IMG/VR virus record: IMGVR_UViG_3300042564_003823
Location: 32,189-96,188 of that record
DNA length: 64,000 bases
DNA from: a virus
Reading direction: 5' to 3' (one strand)
Shown: one piece after another, positions 18,286 to 28,150 of the stretch
How positions within the stretch are numbered: position 1 is the first letter of the stretch
Layout of the letters: each line of letters opens with the position of its first letter
Program-made: the position numbers and the translations under genes
Notes under the pieces: model-generated
The model's database searches: none
What the model was told of the DNA's origin: nothing
The model's input: only the letters and a program-made list of their open reading frames with translations

Positions 18286-18618
18286 ATGGCAGTTTTTAGA
18301 TCCGTATCATCACAAAGAATAATCAATGGTAATTTAATTGAAACTTCAGATTCTGCAATAGTCTCAAACCCATCATACGAGGTAAATGGCGAGTACGTAA
18401 TAATCACAAAAGGGATTCAAGACTGTGTTGTTATATTAAATGAAAATACAAGTGACCATGTAGTTATAAAGTCATTGACAAATACCATAGTAAAATCAAG
18501 TAAATTAATAGACGATGAATTTAACGAAGTAGAACTAAGTAAGGGTTCCTGCGTTGAATTTAAATACGTTAATGGTGGTTGGTACATACTTTCTTCTGAT
18601 GGACTAAAAGGTTCTTAG
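18286..18618 (+). CDS. Small beta-rich structural protein
   Basis: 110 aa; resembles fibre-tip modules (..L..G..VEF....GWYI). Confidence 0.5.
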   Translation: MAVFRSVSSQRIINGNLIETSDSAIVSNPSYEVNGEYVIITKGIQDCVVILNENTSDHVVIKSLTNTIVKSSKLIDDEFNEVELSKGSCVEFKYVNGGWYILSSDGLKGS

Positions 18619-21515
18619 TCAAAAACTAAAGACATTAAATCTCCGTCTTCATCAAATTCATATAATTCTTCTTCATCAACCTTACTTTTAGAAATTCTGG
18701 TTTTCATTAGTTCCATATTACTATTAACATAATCGGTATTAACTAAATTAATAGTGTCGTCAATATACATGTAGTATGGATCAATACCTACAGATTGCCA
18801 AAAATTAATCTCCATGTCCGATAATGTTAATACCTCATCTAAGTTATCTTGGTCTTTTTCTTTCATTGGGTATCCTCTACCTAATTCTGTTTGTGACTTG
18901 GTAAAAATTGGTTGGTCTTTAGGATCTTCAATTAAAATGTCTTTTCTAATATCAGGACTATATACGACAAGTAATGGTTCAATTCTTTTATTGAATGCCG
19001 CTAAAGCCCTTAATACATTATAATCACCTAACAAATCTGGATTATTCTCAATCTCTTTTTCGTCAATTAAATAACAATTTAAAATAACCTCACTTTTTGA
19101 TAACATTTCAGGGGGGACCGCTCCGTGAATTTTTGTATATTCTTCTATTTGTTTTTTAGTCATTTTAGTTGTTTTTTTCTGAACGTCACCGTGTGATTTT
19201 TTTACACCATTATTAACATAATAAATTGTATCACCTAAACCTGGATTTTTTCCTGCATTTATTAAAAGTTCCATATGTGCTTGACGTGACATTAAACTTC
19301 CTGCCTTTGTTGTTTTTGTAATATGTACTTTATAATCATCTATTGATTGTTTAACACGGGCCTTGTTTGCAATCTTTGCTAACGGTATTTCTTTGTTGTA
19401 AATTTTACTTACATACTCATAATAGAAATCTAAAAACTCGCCACCCTTACCATCAAGTAACATTCTCAATCCCTTATCTAAAAACTCGGCAACATATGTT
19501 TGAAGTTTTTTAGATTTAATTGAATTACCTGTGAGTTTAACTTTACCTTTATCTGTTAGAAGTGCGTAGTTTTTACGAGCCACGTTAATGGTTGCTGGCC
19601 ATACACCATCAATATCAAGACCCATTTCATTTCTCATAAATAAGTCATTGTATTCAGCAACATCAGCTTCAGCTCCGGTATATACTTCACCCTCTTTAAC
19701 TAAACCGTTAAGACCTTTACCCACATAAGTATAGTTTTCTCTATCTATCGGAGTTTCAAAGTTAACCCCATCCGTATCCATAACCAAAGGAACATACCCT
19801 CTACTCATGAAATACATAATCATCTGTCGTAAATACTGCCTACCTGTACACGTAATCTGTTCTCCCATGTCAATGTCTCCCCATGGAAATACATGAGGCG
19901 CCGAGAGAGATCCAAAGAATGCGTTGATGAAGATTTTGATTGGTAATTGTTTTCTGTCATATGAGACTGAAAGTTTCGGATCCGTTTTTTTAAATTCACT
20001 TGCTAAATTTTTATATTTTATACGAGTATCTCTAAAGTACTTTAACATACTTTTCATCGCTCCTGTTACATCACAAGATGGGAATACGTCGTGAACTAAT
20101 TGAATAGATGGATAAAGAGATGAGTAGTCAAGTTTTAATACCTTTCTTGAATACCCAACCTGTACTAAACGAGAAAGACCTCCTGTGAATTTTCTTTTCT
20201 CTTTTTTCTTAGGTAGAGCCAAATTGTTTTTATAAGACCATGCACACATAATCATTTTCCATAATGTTGCTGTACCCATAGTTGATAGCCTTTCATATGT
20301 CGTTGGTACAAGTTTAGAAAGTAAAAAGTTTGCTTGGTTGAACTGTTCGTCAACAACCATAGTCTCATAAAGGTCATCATCAAGGTAGTCCTCAATAATT
20401 TTTGAACCATTAGTTTTAAAATATACATCAGTTCTTCTTGAACAAATTTCATCTATTTTTTCGTTGATCCCTATCTTTTTATAGTTACCATTTTCTTTAT
20501 TCATCCAATAGTCCTCATTGTCAAAATAAATCTTTCCGATTTTATCTCCCTCAACATAAACACGATTTTCTTTTTCTGCTTCAATAAATTTGGTAATATA
20601 CTTCAAACCCCAGCTTTTAATATCTGAGTTGATTGCCTGAGCTCTACGAACTGCGTGAGCAATATCAATAATATTGTAACCCCACATTTGTGTTTGAACG
20701 TAAGGCTCCATTTCGTTTGCTAATTTTAACATCCCGTCTTTTTGTTTTAAAGAGTGATCAGGATTTAAAGTTTTTGCAATTTTTTTAATATTTAATTTTA
20801 AAATTTCTGCACGTTTTAAAATAAACGGGAAGTCAAAGAATGCTGAGTTGTACCCACCAACAAGGGATGGTTTAAGTTGATCTATAGTTTCAAAAAACTC
20901 AATAATCATTCGTCTTTCTTCATCTTCATTTTGTGCCGATAAAGATTTCATAAAACCACGATTGTCTTTCATCCCTATTAAGAACATCTTACTTGTTTTG
21001 GGATCTAAACCTGTGGTTTCAATATCAAATACAAACCTGTGAATTTCATCGTATTCATCAAACCCTTTAAATAGTCTTTTACTTTTTTGGATGAGGTATT
21101 GTTCTACCGGTGTCATAATGGTAATTGCGTCTGAGTTATCCCTATTCCAAGGATCTAAACCACCACCTTTAAAAAAGTTTACAAGGTTTGAGTAAGACTT
21201 TGTTGTTTTAACTAAAAACGTTAATCCGTTTTTTAACCTTTCGTCTCCCCTGTCTTCTAATTTTTCTATGATAATGCCGTTTTCAGACATCGCCTTTTTT
21301 TGAAACTCCTTATTACCTTTATAGAAGTTTTTATCTTTAAGATCACCAACCCAAGCAAATGGAATAAACGTATCCATTCTCAAAAGTTTACCTTTGATTG
21401 GGTCTTGTATTACCTTGAAAATTTTATCTGATCTGTAATCGTATTCTAATGCGACAATATATTTTTCGTCGTCTTCGCCATGTAAAAAGCGTTCAATTTC
21501 TTCTTGAGGAACCAT
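18615..21515 (-). CDS. Family B DNA polymerase
   Basis: ExoI FDIETTG, ExoII GYNSAFFDFP, motif A LDYSSLYPS, motif B KIFINAFFG, motif C MDTDG, KNYA. Confidence 0.95.
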   Translation of the reverse strand: MVPQEEIERFLHGEDDEKYIVALEYDYRSDKIFKVIQDPIKGKLLRMDTFIPFAWVGDLKDKNFYKGNKEFQKKAMSENGIIIEKLEDRGDERLKNGLTFLVKTTKSYSNLVNFFKGGGLDPWNRDNSDAITIMTPVEQYLIQKSKRLFKGFDEYDEIHRFVFDIETTGLDPKTSKMFLIGMKDNRGFMKSLSAQNEDEERRMIIEFFETIDQLKPSLVGGYNSAFFDFPFILKRAEILKLNIKKIAKTLNPDHSLKQKDGMLKLANEMEPYVQTQMWGYNIIDIAHAVRRAQAINSDIKSWGLKYITKFIEAEKENRVYVEGDKIGKIYFDNEDYWMNKENGNYKKIGINEKIDEICSRRTDVYFKTNGSKIIEDYLDDDLYETMVVDEQFNQANFLLSKLVPTTYERLSTMGTATLWKMIMCAWSYKNNLALPKKKEKRKFTGGLSRLVQVGYSRKVLKLDYSSLYPSIQLVHDVFPSCDVTGAMKSMLKYFRDTRIKYKNLASEFKKTDPKLSVSYDRKQLPIKIFINAFFGSLSAPHVFPWGDIDMGEQITCTGRQYLRQMIMYFMSRGYVPLVMDTDGVNFETPIDRENYTYVGKGLNGLVKEGEVYTGAEADVAEYNDLFMRNEMGLDIDGVWPATINVARKNYALLTDKGKVKLTGNSIKSKKLQTYVAEFLDKGLRMLLDGKGGEFLDFYYEYVSKIYNKEIPLAKIANKARVKQSIDDYKVHITKTTKAGSLMSRQAHMELLINAGKNPGLGDTIYYVNNGVKKSHGDVQKKTTKMTKKQIEEYTKIHGAVPPEMLSKSEVILNCYLIDEKEIENNPDLLGDYNVLRALAAFNKRIEPLLVVYSPDIRKDILIEDPKDQPIFTKSQTELGRGYPMKEKDQDNLDEVLTLSDMEINFWQSVGIDPYYMYIDDTINLVNTDYVNSNMELMKTRISKSKVDEEELYEFDEDGDLMSLVFD

Positions 21516-21577
21516 ATTTGTATAATTTAAGTTTGGGTTATTATACTCACAAAAAATATTGTGATTTCCCTTTCTTA

Positions 21578-21607
21578 ATAAATAATGGTTAAATGGTGAA
21601 ATGTCAA
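21578..21607 (-). promoter_or_regulatory. Candidate promoter for the DNA polymerase gene
   Basis: Minus strand TTGACA, 17 nt spacer, then TATTTATT. Confidence 0.4.
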
Positions 21608-21957
21608 ATGATGTTGATATATAAATTTGAAACTATTGGTGCGATCAACTCTCCGTTTTCTAATATAATTGAAAATTCTCCGATGAATCTTCCTTTTTTA
21701 TTTGTGTCTCTTGCCGACCATTTGTAATAGATATAATATTCTCTATCTGAATCAGGATTTGTTCTATTTTTTTCTGTTAAATAAGCCGGTTGCATAAATA
21801 TTTTTTGAATTCCGTTGTCTTCACTTTTCATAGAAAAACGGATATTCGCGTTATCTAAAACAGAATAAAATTCTTTCCATGAGTCGGTTCTTCCGTCTCT
21901 GATAACATCCATTTTTAAAATGGGTAAACTTGTATTTTGTTGAATAAAAAACTCCAT
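21604..21957 (-). CDS. BppU-N-like Ig-fold baseplate/fibre attachment protein
   Basis: IRFSM, YYKW...DT...GRF.GEF.I pattern; last gene of the fibre cluster. Confidence 0.5.
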   Translation of the reverse strand: MEFFIQQNTSLPILKMDVIRDGRTDSWKEFYSVLDNANIRFSMKSEDNGIQKIFMQPAYLTEKNRTNPDSDREYYIYYKWSARDTNKKGRFIGEFSIILENGELIAPIVSNLYINII

Positions 21958-22009
21958 TAGTTATAATAAGTATTTTATTTTTTATCTTAATTGTGAAAAT
22001 TTATTTTTT

Positions 22010-22969
22010 TTAATCATTATAAACTTCAAATGTTAATGTATTATTAGGGGAAAATTGATTTTTTATTCTTTCTGTGGTTGTTAATATGATGCCACCCTCA
22101 TTTTCTAAATCAACCGAAAAAGTACCAAGAGTACTAATGATATTATCATTATTCAAAGCAATAACCAACTCGTCAATACTATTAACTTCATTATAATCAC
22201 CATAAATTGTTTCTACGGAGTTTTCTCCAATGGTACCGGCATAAATCCTAATAGTTATGTTACCATAAGGAAATTTACTAGTGTTTAAACCATATGCAAC
22301 AAAAGGAGTTGTCGGACCTTGATTGATAGTGATCTCAACTGGTGTATAGTATAATGCGTTATCTATATTACTACCATCAAAATACATCTCAACAAAAATT
22401 GCCGAATCCTTTTCAGTATAATTACTAACGCCTGTTATCCCAATCGGAGGAAACCCAGACCAATTAAATGGGTATTTAATTGACATATTTATTTTTGTTT
22501 TAGCTCTCGGAAAAGAATTAAATAAAGGTCCTGTACTATTATTAACCCCTATGTAATAACCATTACCACCAAACGGATTCTGTTCCCAAGATATTTTATA
22601 CCCAAGAGTATTTTCTAATACATCAACAATTAAACCACCACCTGATGTTAATTCTGAATTGTTACCCCAAAAATTAGGAGTTTCTCCTGTTGCAATAAAA
22701 ACACATCCGGTTTCATTAATTGTTCCCGATTCTACATATGCAATGTTACTAAAATCGTCACCCGACTGATATGATGTTATTGTATATGATTCACCAATTA
22801 TTAATCCATAGTTAAATTGACCGATATTGGTTCCTATTATACTTCCTGTTTGAGTTAATAATGCCCTATAAACACCTGTGTTATTAATTGTTGTTGTTCC
22901 TGTGACAATTAAGTTACCGTTTATTGTTTGTGCTGATAAGTTATTTACTATATATTTAGTTGTCTCCAT
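22010..22969 (-). CDS. Tail fibre / decoration protein
   Basis: Rich in Thr/Gly/Asn; VYRALLTQTG motif; located in the fibre cluster. Confidence 0.55.
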   Translation of the reverse strand: METTKYIVNNLSAQTINGNLIVTGTTTINNTGVYRALLTQTGSIIGTNIGQFNYGLIIGESYTITSYQSGDDFSNIAYVESGTINETGCVFIATGETPNFWGNNSELTSGGGLIVDVLENTLGYKISWEQNPFGGNGYYIGVNNSTGPLFNSFPRAKTKINMSIKYPFNWSGFPPIGITGVSNYTEKDSAIFVEMYFDGSNIDNALYYTPVEITINQGPTTPFVAYGLNTSKFPYGNITIRIYAGTIGENSVETIYGDYNEVNSIDELVIALNNDNIISTLGTFSVDLENEGGIILTTTERIKNQFSPNNTLTFEVYND

Positions 22970-22971
22970 TA

Positions 22972-25900
22972 TTATTCATTTATATTTTTTATTGTTAATA
23001 CATCACTTCCATCGTAGTAAGATAACCTATTCGTTAAACTTGAGTTTTTGAAAATTTCACAATTATATAATTCATAAACAGAAGGGTTTGGTGATACCGC
23101 ATCAACTGTTATAGTAAAATTATCAGTTATTATATCAGTTATTGTTATTGTGATGTCATCAACTCCGTCAGTACCGCCAAATAAACTACCTAATATCACT
23201 AGTTGATCTCCATCGGTGTATCCAGCACCTTGATTATCGTTTAAAAGGGAACTTATATTTCCACTACCGTCAACAACTATATCAAAAGTTGCATTTACTC
23301 CGGTCCCTCCTGTCACAGCAAGACTAGGGTACGTACCTGTAGTTCCTGTTTGGATAGAATAATTATCGGTATATGTGTCTATTGCATCATTAAATCCACC
23401 AATAGAAGTTCCTAATATTGTGATGGTATTACCACATAAGTATAATTTACCTGATGTATTTAATGTAACATTAGTTACAGAACCACCTAATACGACAATA
23501 TCAAATGATGCATTTACACCAATACCATCGGTGTCTCCATTTATTCCTGTATATGTGTTGTCAGCAGCACTAGTACCCACAGAATTATGACTAAATCCTG
23601 TTATATTTCCATAATTTGTTGTAAAGTCCTCAAACTCAACATTTGTATTTACATTATTCCATTGAAAATAATCTCCAATCGTGTTGTAAGAGAAGTTATC
23701 AGAAATTGTATTGTCATAAAAATATTCCCTAATATTGTTTCTATAAAAATAATTTCCAATTTTGTTCCCTCGGTATTGACTTCCACCAAAACCAAACCCA
23801 TCAAGTATATCATTACTTTCAAATGACGACCCAATTACATTACTTCTAAAGTCATTTGTAATGTTATTATTTCTAAAATCATTTCTAATTTGATTATCTT
23901 GAAAATTATTACCTATATTATTATTTTGAAAGTCGTTTCCAATTTGATTATATCGGAAATTACTACCGTTATTAGGTGCGGTATAGATTGAGTTCCATTC
24001 GGTATCTTGTGGAGACACGTTATAATCCCAACTATTTTCACTCACAATATTATAAATACCGTTTTGACTTCCTCTAGTTATTTCAACAACTCCTGGAACA
24101 ATAATATCAACTTCATTACCGTAATTTGTTTTTGTAAATGTAATTAAATCCCCTATATTATTACCGTTAGAATCAATTTCTTGTCTTTCATATTGGAATC
24201 CACCACCATTAGGATTTTCATTATTACCTTGTGTCCATTGAGTAAATTTAATTTTAAAGTATTGTGAAGTTGAGATTACCTTCATTACTAATTCTTTACC
24301 TAATAGTCTGTTACCTAATCCGCCACCCCCGACAACTTGATAAAAATTATCATAAGTTCTTGCGGATACCGTTGATAGGTCATTCCACCCAAATAAATTA
24401 GTGTTAGTAGGTTCATTGTTCTCAAAAAACTCCCCGATATTATTAGCTTCAAAATCATGACTAATTAAATTACTATAAAAATAATAACCTATGTCATTTC
24501 TTCTGAAATCATCACCTACCTTGTTTTCATTAAATCCATTACCAATTTGGTTTAGTTCAAATTGCCAACTAGTTTCATTATTATTAAAACCATTTAATAT
24601 TGTATTCCCTTTGAATTCCCCATTAACTATGTTTTGTTGAAAATTATTCCCAATTGAGTTATTTTGGAAATCTTGTCTTATAATATTATTATTAAAATTT
24701 TGTCCAATTCTATTTCTATAAAAGTCAAAAGTACCATCTTCAACATTACCAAAATCACCTATAGTATTATTATTAAAATCATTTAGAATTTGGTTGTCAT
24801 AAAAGTCTGAATATATTGTATTATTATTAAAATCATTACCAATAATATTATATCTAAAACCAGAACTATTTTCAGCTAATAATCTATTATTATTAAAATT
24901 AGCACCAATCTGATTTTCAGTTAGATTAGTATTTATCAGATTATTATTGAAACTATCTTTAAAAACACAATCATCAATATCGTTCGTTGATGCGTTTTCA
25001 TAACAATAGTCACCCCAAATATTATTTGAGTTATCGGTACCCCATGTATTATTAAAACAGTAATCACCAAATTTATTACTTTCGTATTGTCCTTCTAAAA
25101 ATACATTGTTTGCTAATATAAATGTATTAGTTGCTAAATTAGTGTAGTTATTTGCATAATTACCAACATAATTATTTTTAGCATATTCATTTGATATCGC
25201 ATCCCCAAATGTTGTATATTCTTGGTAGTCATTTGTTTTAACATTTGTTCTTTTATAACTAAAATACCCATTTGTGTCGTTTGTTTCTTCTATTGTATTA
25301 TAAATTATAGCCCCTGGACCTGTTTCGGTTATAGTATCTCCTGAAACAGTCATTAAAGTATTACCACTTATTGATACTATTTCAAAATAAGAAGGTGATA
25401 CGCTGTTTGTATATATTACGTCACCAACAGTTAAAGCACTAAAAGTAGTATTTGTACCACTTACAGTTCCACCTGATAAAATCTCTACAGTTCCGTTTAA
25501 TCTTAATTCTTCTCTGTAAGTAAATAATTTATACCTTTTAAATAAAACATTTCTGTGATCATAATCGGTTCTATTATTAAACTCATCTATCCTTTCTGTA
25601 ATTCTACCATAAGAAGTACCGCTAGTGACTTCTGTTTGGTTATAATAAACATCATATTGAATTCTATCATTAGGATATTTAGGTTGATATGCGGTTGTAC
25701 TAATGGTATTCTCCCCTGTTGCTAAAACCATTATAGGGTCAATAGGTCCTTGTTTGTAATTACCCGTGAGTCCTGTATTAATAATAGGATTACCATTATA
25801 ATTAAAATCAGGTTGGTCATAACAAGTTCTAAAGTCTGTTATTAGGTAGTAAGATCCCGTAGTTAATCCACTCCCATCAATCAGGTCATTAATTTCTGAA

Positions 25901-26100
25901 TACGTTGCTTCAGTGGCGCCAGTAAATGACCCACCACCAAAATCTTCAAATGACCCATCAGGATTTTTCTTTTCAAATAACCCTGTATTTAAATCAACAC
26001 CAACGTAATAAGTGTCAGTGGTTCCACTTAAATTATTGAAATCTTCTCCTGTAACGTAAATTGTGGTTTTACCATTATTTTGTTGTATTATTCTTCCCAT
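22972..26100 (-). CDS. Long tail fibre/spike with Asn-rich beta-helix repeats
   Basis: Many 'N.IG..F.NN' ~9-10 aa repeats; two C-terminal 'G.GVNA(S/T)FDIVV..G...G......ILG...GG' repeats. Confidence 0.7.
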   Translation of the reverse strand: MGRIIQQNNGKTTIYVTGEDFNNLSGTTDTYYVGVDLNTGLFEKKNPDGSFEDFGGGSFTGATEATYSEINDLIDGSGLTTGSYYLITDFRTCYDQPDFNYNGNPIINTGLTGNYKQGPIDPIMVLATGENTISTTAYQPKYPNDRIQYDVYYNQTEVTSGTSYGRITERIDEFNNRTDYDHRNVLFKRYKLFTYREELRLNGTVEILSGGTVSGTNTTFSALTVGDVIYTNSVSPSYFEIVSISGNTLMTVSGDTITETGPGAIIYNTIEETNDTNGYFSYKRTNVKTNDYQEYTTFGDAISNEYAKNNYVGNYANNYTNLATNTFILANNVFLEGQYESNKFGDYCFNNTWGTDNSNNIWGDYCYENASTNDIDDCVFKDSFNNNLINTNLTENQIGANFNNNRLLAENSSGFRYNIIGNDFNNNTIYSDFYDNQILNDFNNNTIGDFGNVEDGTFDFYRNRIGQNFNNNIIRQDFQNNSIGNNFQQNIVNGEFKGNTILNGFNNNETSWQFELNQIGNGFNENKVGDDFRRNDIGYYFYSNLISHDFEANNIGEFFENNEPTNTNLFGWNDLSTVSARTYDNFYQVVGGGGLGNRLLGKELVMKVISTSQYFKIKFTQWTQGNNENPNGGGFQYERQEIDSNGNNIGDLITFTKTNYGNEVDIIVPGVVEITRGSQNGIYNIVSENSWDYNVSPQDTEWNSIYTAPNNGSNFRYNQIGNDFQNNNIGNNFQDNQIRNDFRNNNITNDFRSNVIGSSFESNDILDGFGFGGSQYRGNKIGNYFYRNNIREYFYDNTISDNFSYNTIGDYFQWNNVNTNVEFEDFTTNYGNITGFSHNSVGTSAADNTYTGINGDTDGIGVNASFDIVVLGGSVTNVTLNTSGKLYLCGNTITILGTSIGGFNDAIDTYTDNYSIQTGTTGTYPSLAVTGGTGVNATFDIVVDGSGNISSLLNDNQGAGYTDGDQLVILGSLFGGTDGVDDITITITDIITDNFTITVDAVSPNPSVYELYNCEIFKNSSLTNRLSYYDGSDVLTIKNINE

Positions 26101-26168
26101 GTCTTTTTAATTTATAAATATCTTTACTTTTTTATTTATTTTATTAATAAAATTAAATTAATTAATTT

Positions 26169-26894
26169 TTATAGTCCGTACCACCATTTAACGGCATTAA
26201 AATTATATAATATTTCATCATCAGTTAATCTTCTATTATACATATGTACTTCACCTATTGACCCATTTAAAAACTGTTCAGATCCAAAACAACAAGATCC
26301 CCACGCAATTGCTGTCCACCAAACAGAATTATCTAGTACGACTAAAGTTCCGGTTGTGTTAGGCACCCCATTAACATACATAGTAGCGTTATTAGATGGT
26401 GAGCCCGTTGCTCCACTAAATGCCAATGTAACATATCTCCATTGATTGTCTAACAAATTAATTCCAGTTGAAACTATACCTCCACCTGCGCCCCAACTAT
26501 AAAAAAGTAAAACATCATTATTTGTAAATATTCCCCAAGCATCTCGTTTAGTAACTATTCCAGCAAACCCACTTGACGACGAATTAACCTTTACCCAAAC
26601 ACCAACGGTTGCGGTTGTAAGTCTTGTTGAGGGATTGTTTGAAACAACCATTTGTCTACTTGTGGTTTTATTAAAATCAAGAACTCCTTTATTATAAATT
26701 GGAGGTCCACTTGCATTTCCACCACCTGTTGTTTGAGTAGAAGTGGCATTATTGATTTCCGAATTTTTTGATAAATCAAACCAAGTAGTTCCTGTACCGG
26801 GAAATGAATTAATGTTTTTTGCGTCTAAGTTAAAAACTAAACCTGATTGTGTTATTGAATAATTAAATGTGTTTGGATTAACTATAAAACTCAT
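26169..26894 (-). CDS. LamG / concanavalin A-like lectin domain protein
   Basis: GLVFNLDA....S.PGTGTTWFDLS; MYVNG; NGSIGEVHMYNRRLTDDEILYNF. Confidence 0.8.
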   Translation of the reverse strand: MSFIVNPNTFNYSITQSGLVFNLDAKNINSFPGTGTTWFDLSKNSEINNATSTQTTGGGNASGPPIYNKGVLDFNKTTSRQMVVSNNPSTRLTTATVGVWVKVNSSSSGFAGIVTKRDAWGIFTNNDVLLFYSWGAGGGIVSTGINLLDNQWRYVTLAFSGATGSPSNNATMYVNGVPNTTGTLVVLDNSVWWTAIAWGSCCFGSEQFLNGSIGEVHMYNRRLTDDEILYNFNAVKWWYGL

Positions 26895-26897
26895 GTC

Positions 26898-27980
26898 TTA
26901 ACTTGTTATATTCCCTATTATTGTGACTTTTAACCCTCTTGCGGTTCCACTACCTATTTGTGTTATTCTTACACTAATTTCATCGTCATCTATTAAATTT
27001 GGTGTGGATATTACTGGTTGGGTTGTTCCTAACGCTTTTGATGTCTTTTGGTTGTTATCTATGGTTAATAATGTTGATAATATTGTTGTTCCTGTTTTTA
27101 AAATATCAACAGTAAAAGTATTACCACTTGTTTGTGCGGTTGTTAATGAGCCTCTAACTTCAGTAATTAACATGTTATATGGCATTCTAAAAGTTGTTGT
27201 TGTTCCAGTAATTAATGCGGTTATTTCATCAGAACAAGAAACTTGTATAACTGTAGGTAAGTTTTGATATGTTGTTGCACTAAATGTGTTTGCCGATAAT
27301 CCACCTGTGAAATTAGTTGGGTTAGTTACTGTTCCTCCTGAAAAAGACCCGCCCCCTCCACTAATACCGGTTAAATTAGAACCATCACCATAAAACGTAA
27401 CTCCACTAATTGTTGTTGCTGAGATTGAGCCGGCAACTTCTAAATTTGCCGTTGCTGCGGTTGTACCAATACCAATCTTACCGTCACTTTGAATTCTCAT
27501 TCTTTCAAACCCAACGTCGGTTCCAAAAGTCAAAGTACCTCCTGTTGTTTCTGTTGATATATCAAAAGTACCTCCAGTGTAATACCAAGACATTTTTGCT
27601 CCATAAACACTTGAGGGTGTTCCAAAATAAATTTGTGAGGTGTTAGTATCGGTAGTAAAAAGTCCTACATTATTATTATTAAATCCTTGTACTATAAAAT
27701 TAGTAGTGAACGGTAACCCTGATGAAGGTATTTGTGATGTACTATTATTAACTTGTAGTTTTGCCTGAGTACCACCTGAAGTTGTCAAATATTCAATCCT
27801 ACCAATATTAACACTACCCCCTGAATTTATAATAAATGGGGTCGCGTCGGGGTTTGAACTATCCTCAATTAATACCGCATTTCCCGTACCTAATTGACTA
27901 ATATATATGGCGTCTGTTGTTGTGTTCGCACTTATATTTAGTCCACCGTTTATTCCTAAAGAATCGTAAAAATTTGTCAT
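26898..27980 (-). CDS. Tail fibre protein
   Basis: ERMRIQSDGKIGIGT fibre repeat; FYGDGSNLTG module; C-terminal FRMPY...ITQIGSGTARGLKV domain. Confidence 0.7.
   Translation of the reverse strand: MTNFYDSLGINGGLNISANTTTDAIYISQLGTGNAVLIEDSSNPDATPFIINSGGSVNIGRIEYLTTSGGTQAKLQVNNSTSQIPSSGLPFTTNFIVQGFNNNNVGLFTTDTNTSQIYFGTPSSVYGAKMSWYYTGGTFDISTETTGGTLTFGTDVGFERMRIQSDGKIGIGTTAATANLEVAGSISATTISGVTFYGDGSNLTGISGGGGSFSGGTVTNPTNFTGGLSANTFSATTYQNLPTVIQVSCSDEITALITGTTTTFRMPYNMLITEVRGSLTTAQTSGNTFTVDILKTGTTILSTLLTIDNNQKTSKALGTTQPVISTPNLIDDDEISVRITQIGSGTARGLKVTIIGNITS
27251..27419. repeat. 169-bp near-identical repeat, copy 1 (copy 2 at 28891-29059)
   Basis: Direct comparison gives 6 mismatches in 169 nt, and the encoded peptide is identical. 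Confidence 0.9.
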
Positions 27981-27985
27981 AATAA

Positions 27986-28150
27986 TTAATTTTTAATCGT
28001 ATATCCCTCTCTTATAAAACCAAAATAATACTCTTCAAGTTCAATTTCATTTTGATTATTATAATAAATAATTTTTTGTTTATTGATAGTTCCTTCTACA
28101 GGATGATTAATACTATAATTTACTATTTCATATGTACCTAAGTAACCCAT
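27986..28150 (-). CDS. Small protein (54 aa) between fibre genes; possible fibre chaperone/cap
   Basis: Read manually: MGYLGTYEIVNYSINHPVEGTINKQKIIYYNNQNEIELEEYYFGFIREGYTIKN*. Fills the gap between its neighbours exactly. Confidence 0.55.
   Translation of the reverse strand: MGYLGTYEIVNYSINHPVEGTINKQKIIYYNNQNEIELEEYYFGFIREGYTIKN

Noticed and set aside
14641-21515. Intein or intron in the helicase or polymerase
   Set aside because: Motifs are contiguous with normal spacing; no splice-junction or homing endonuclease signature
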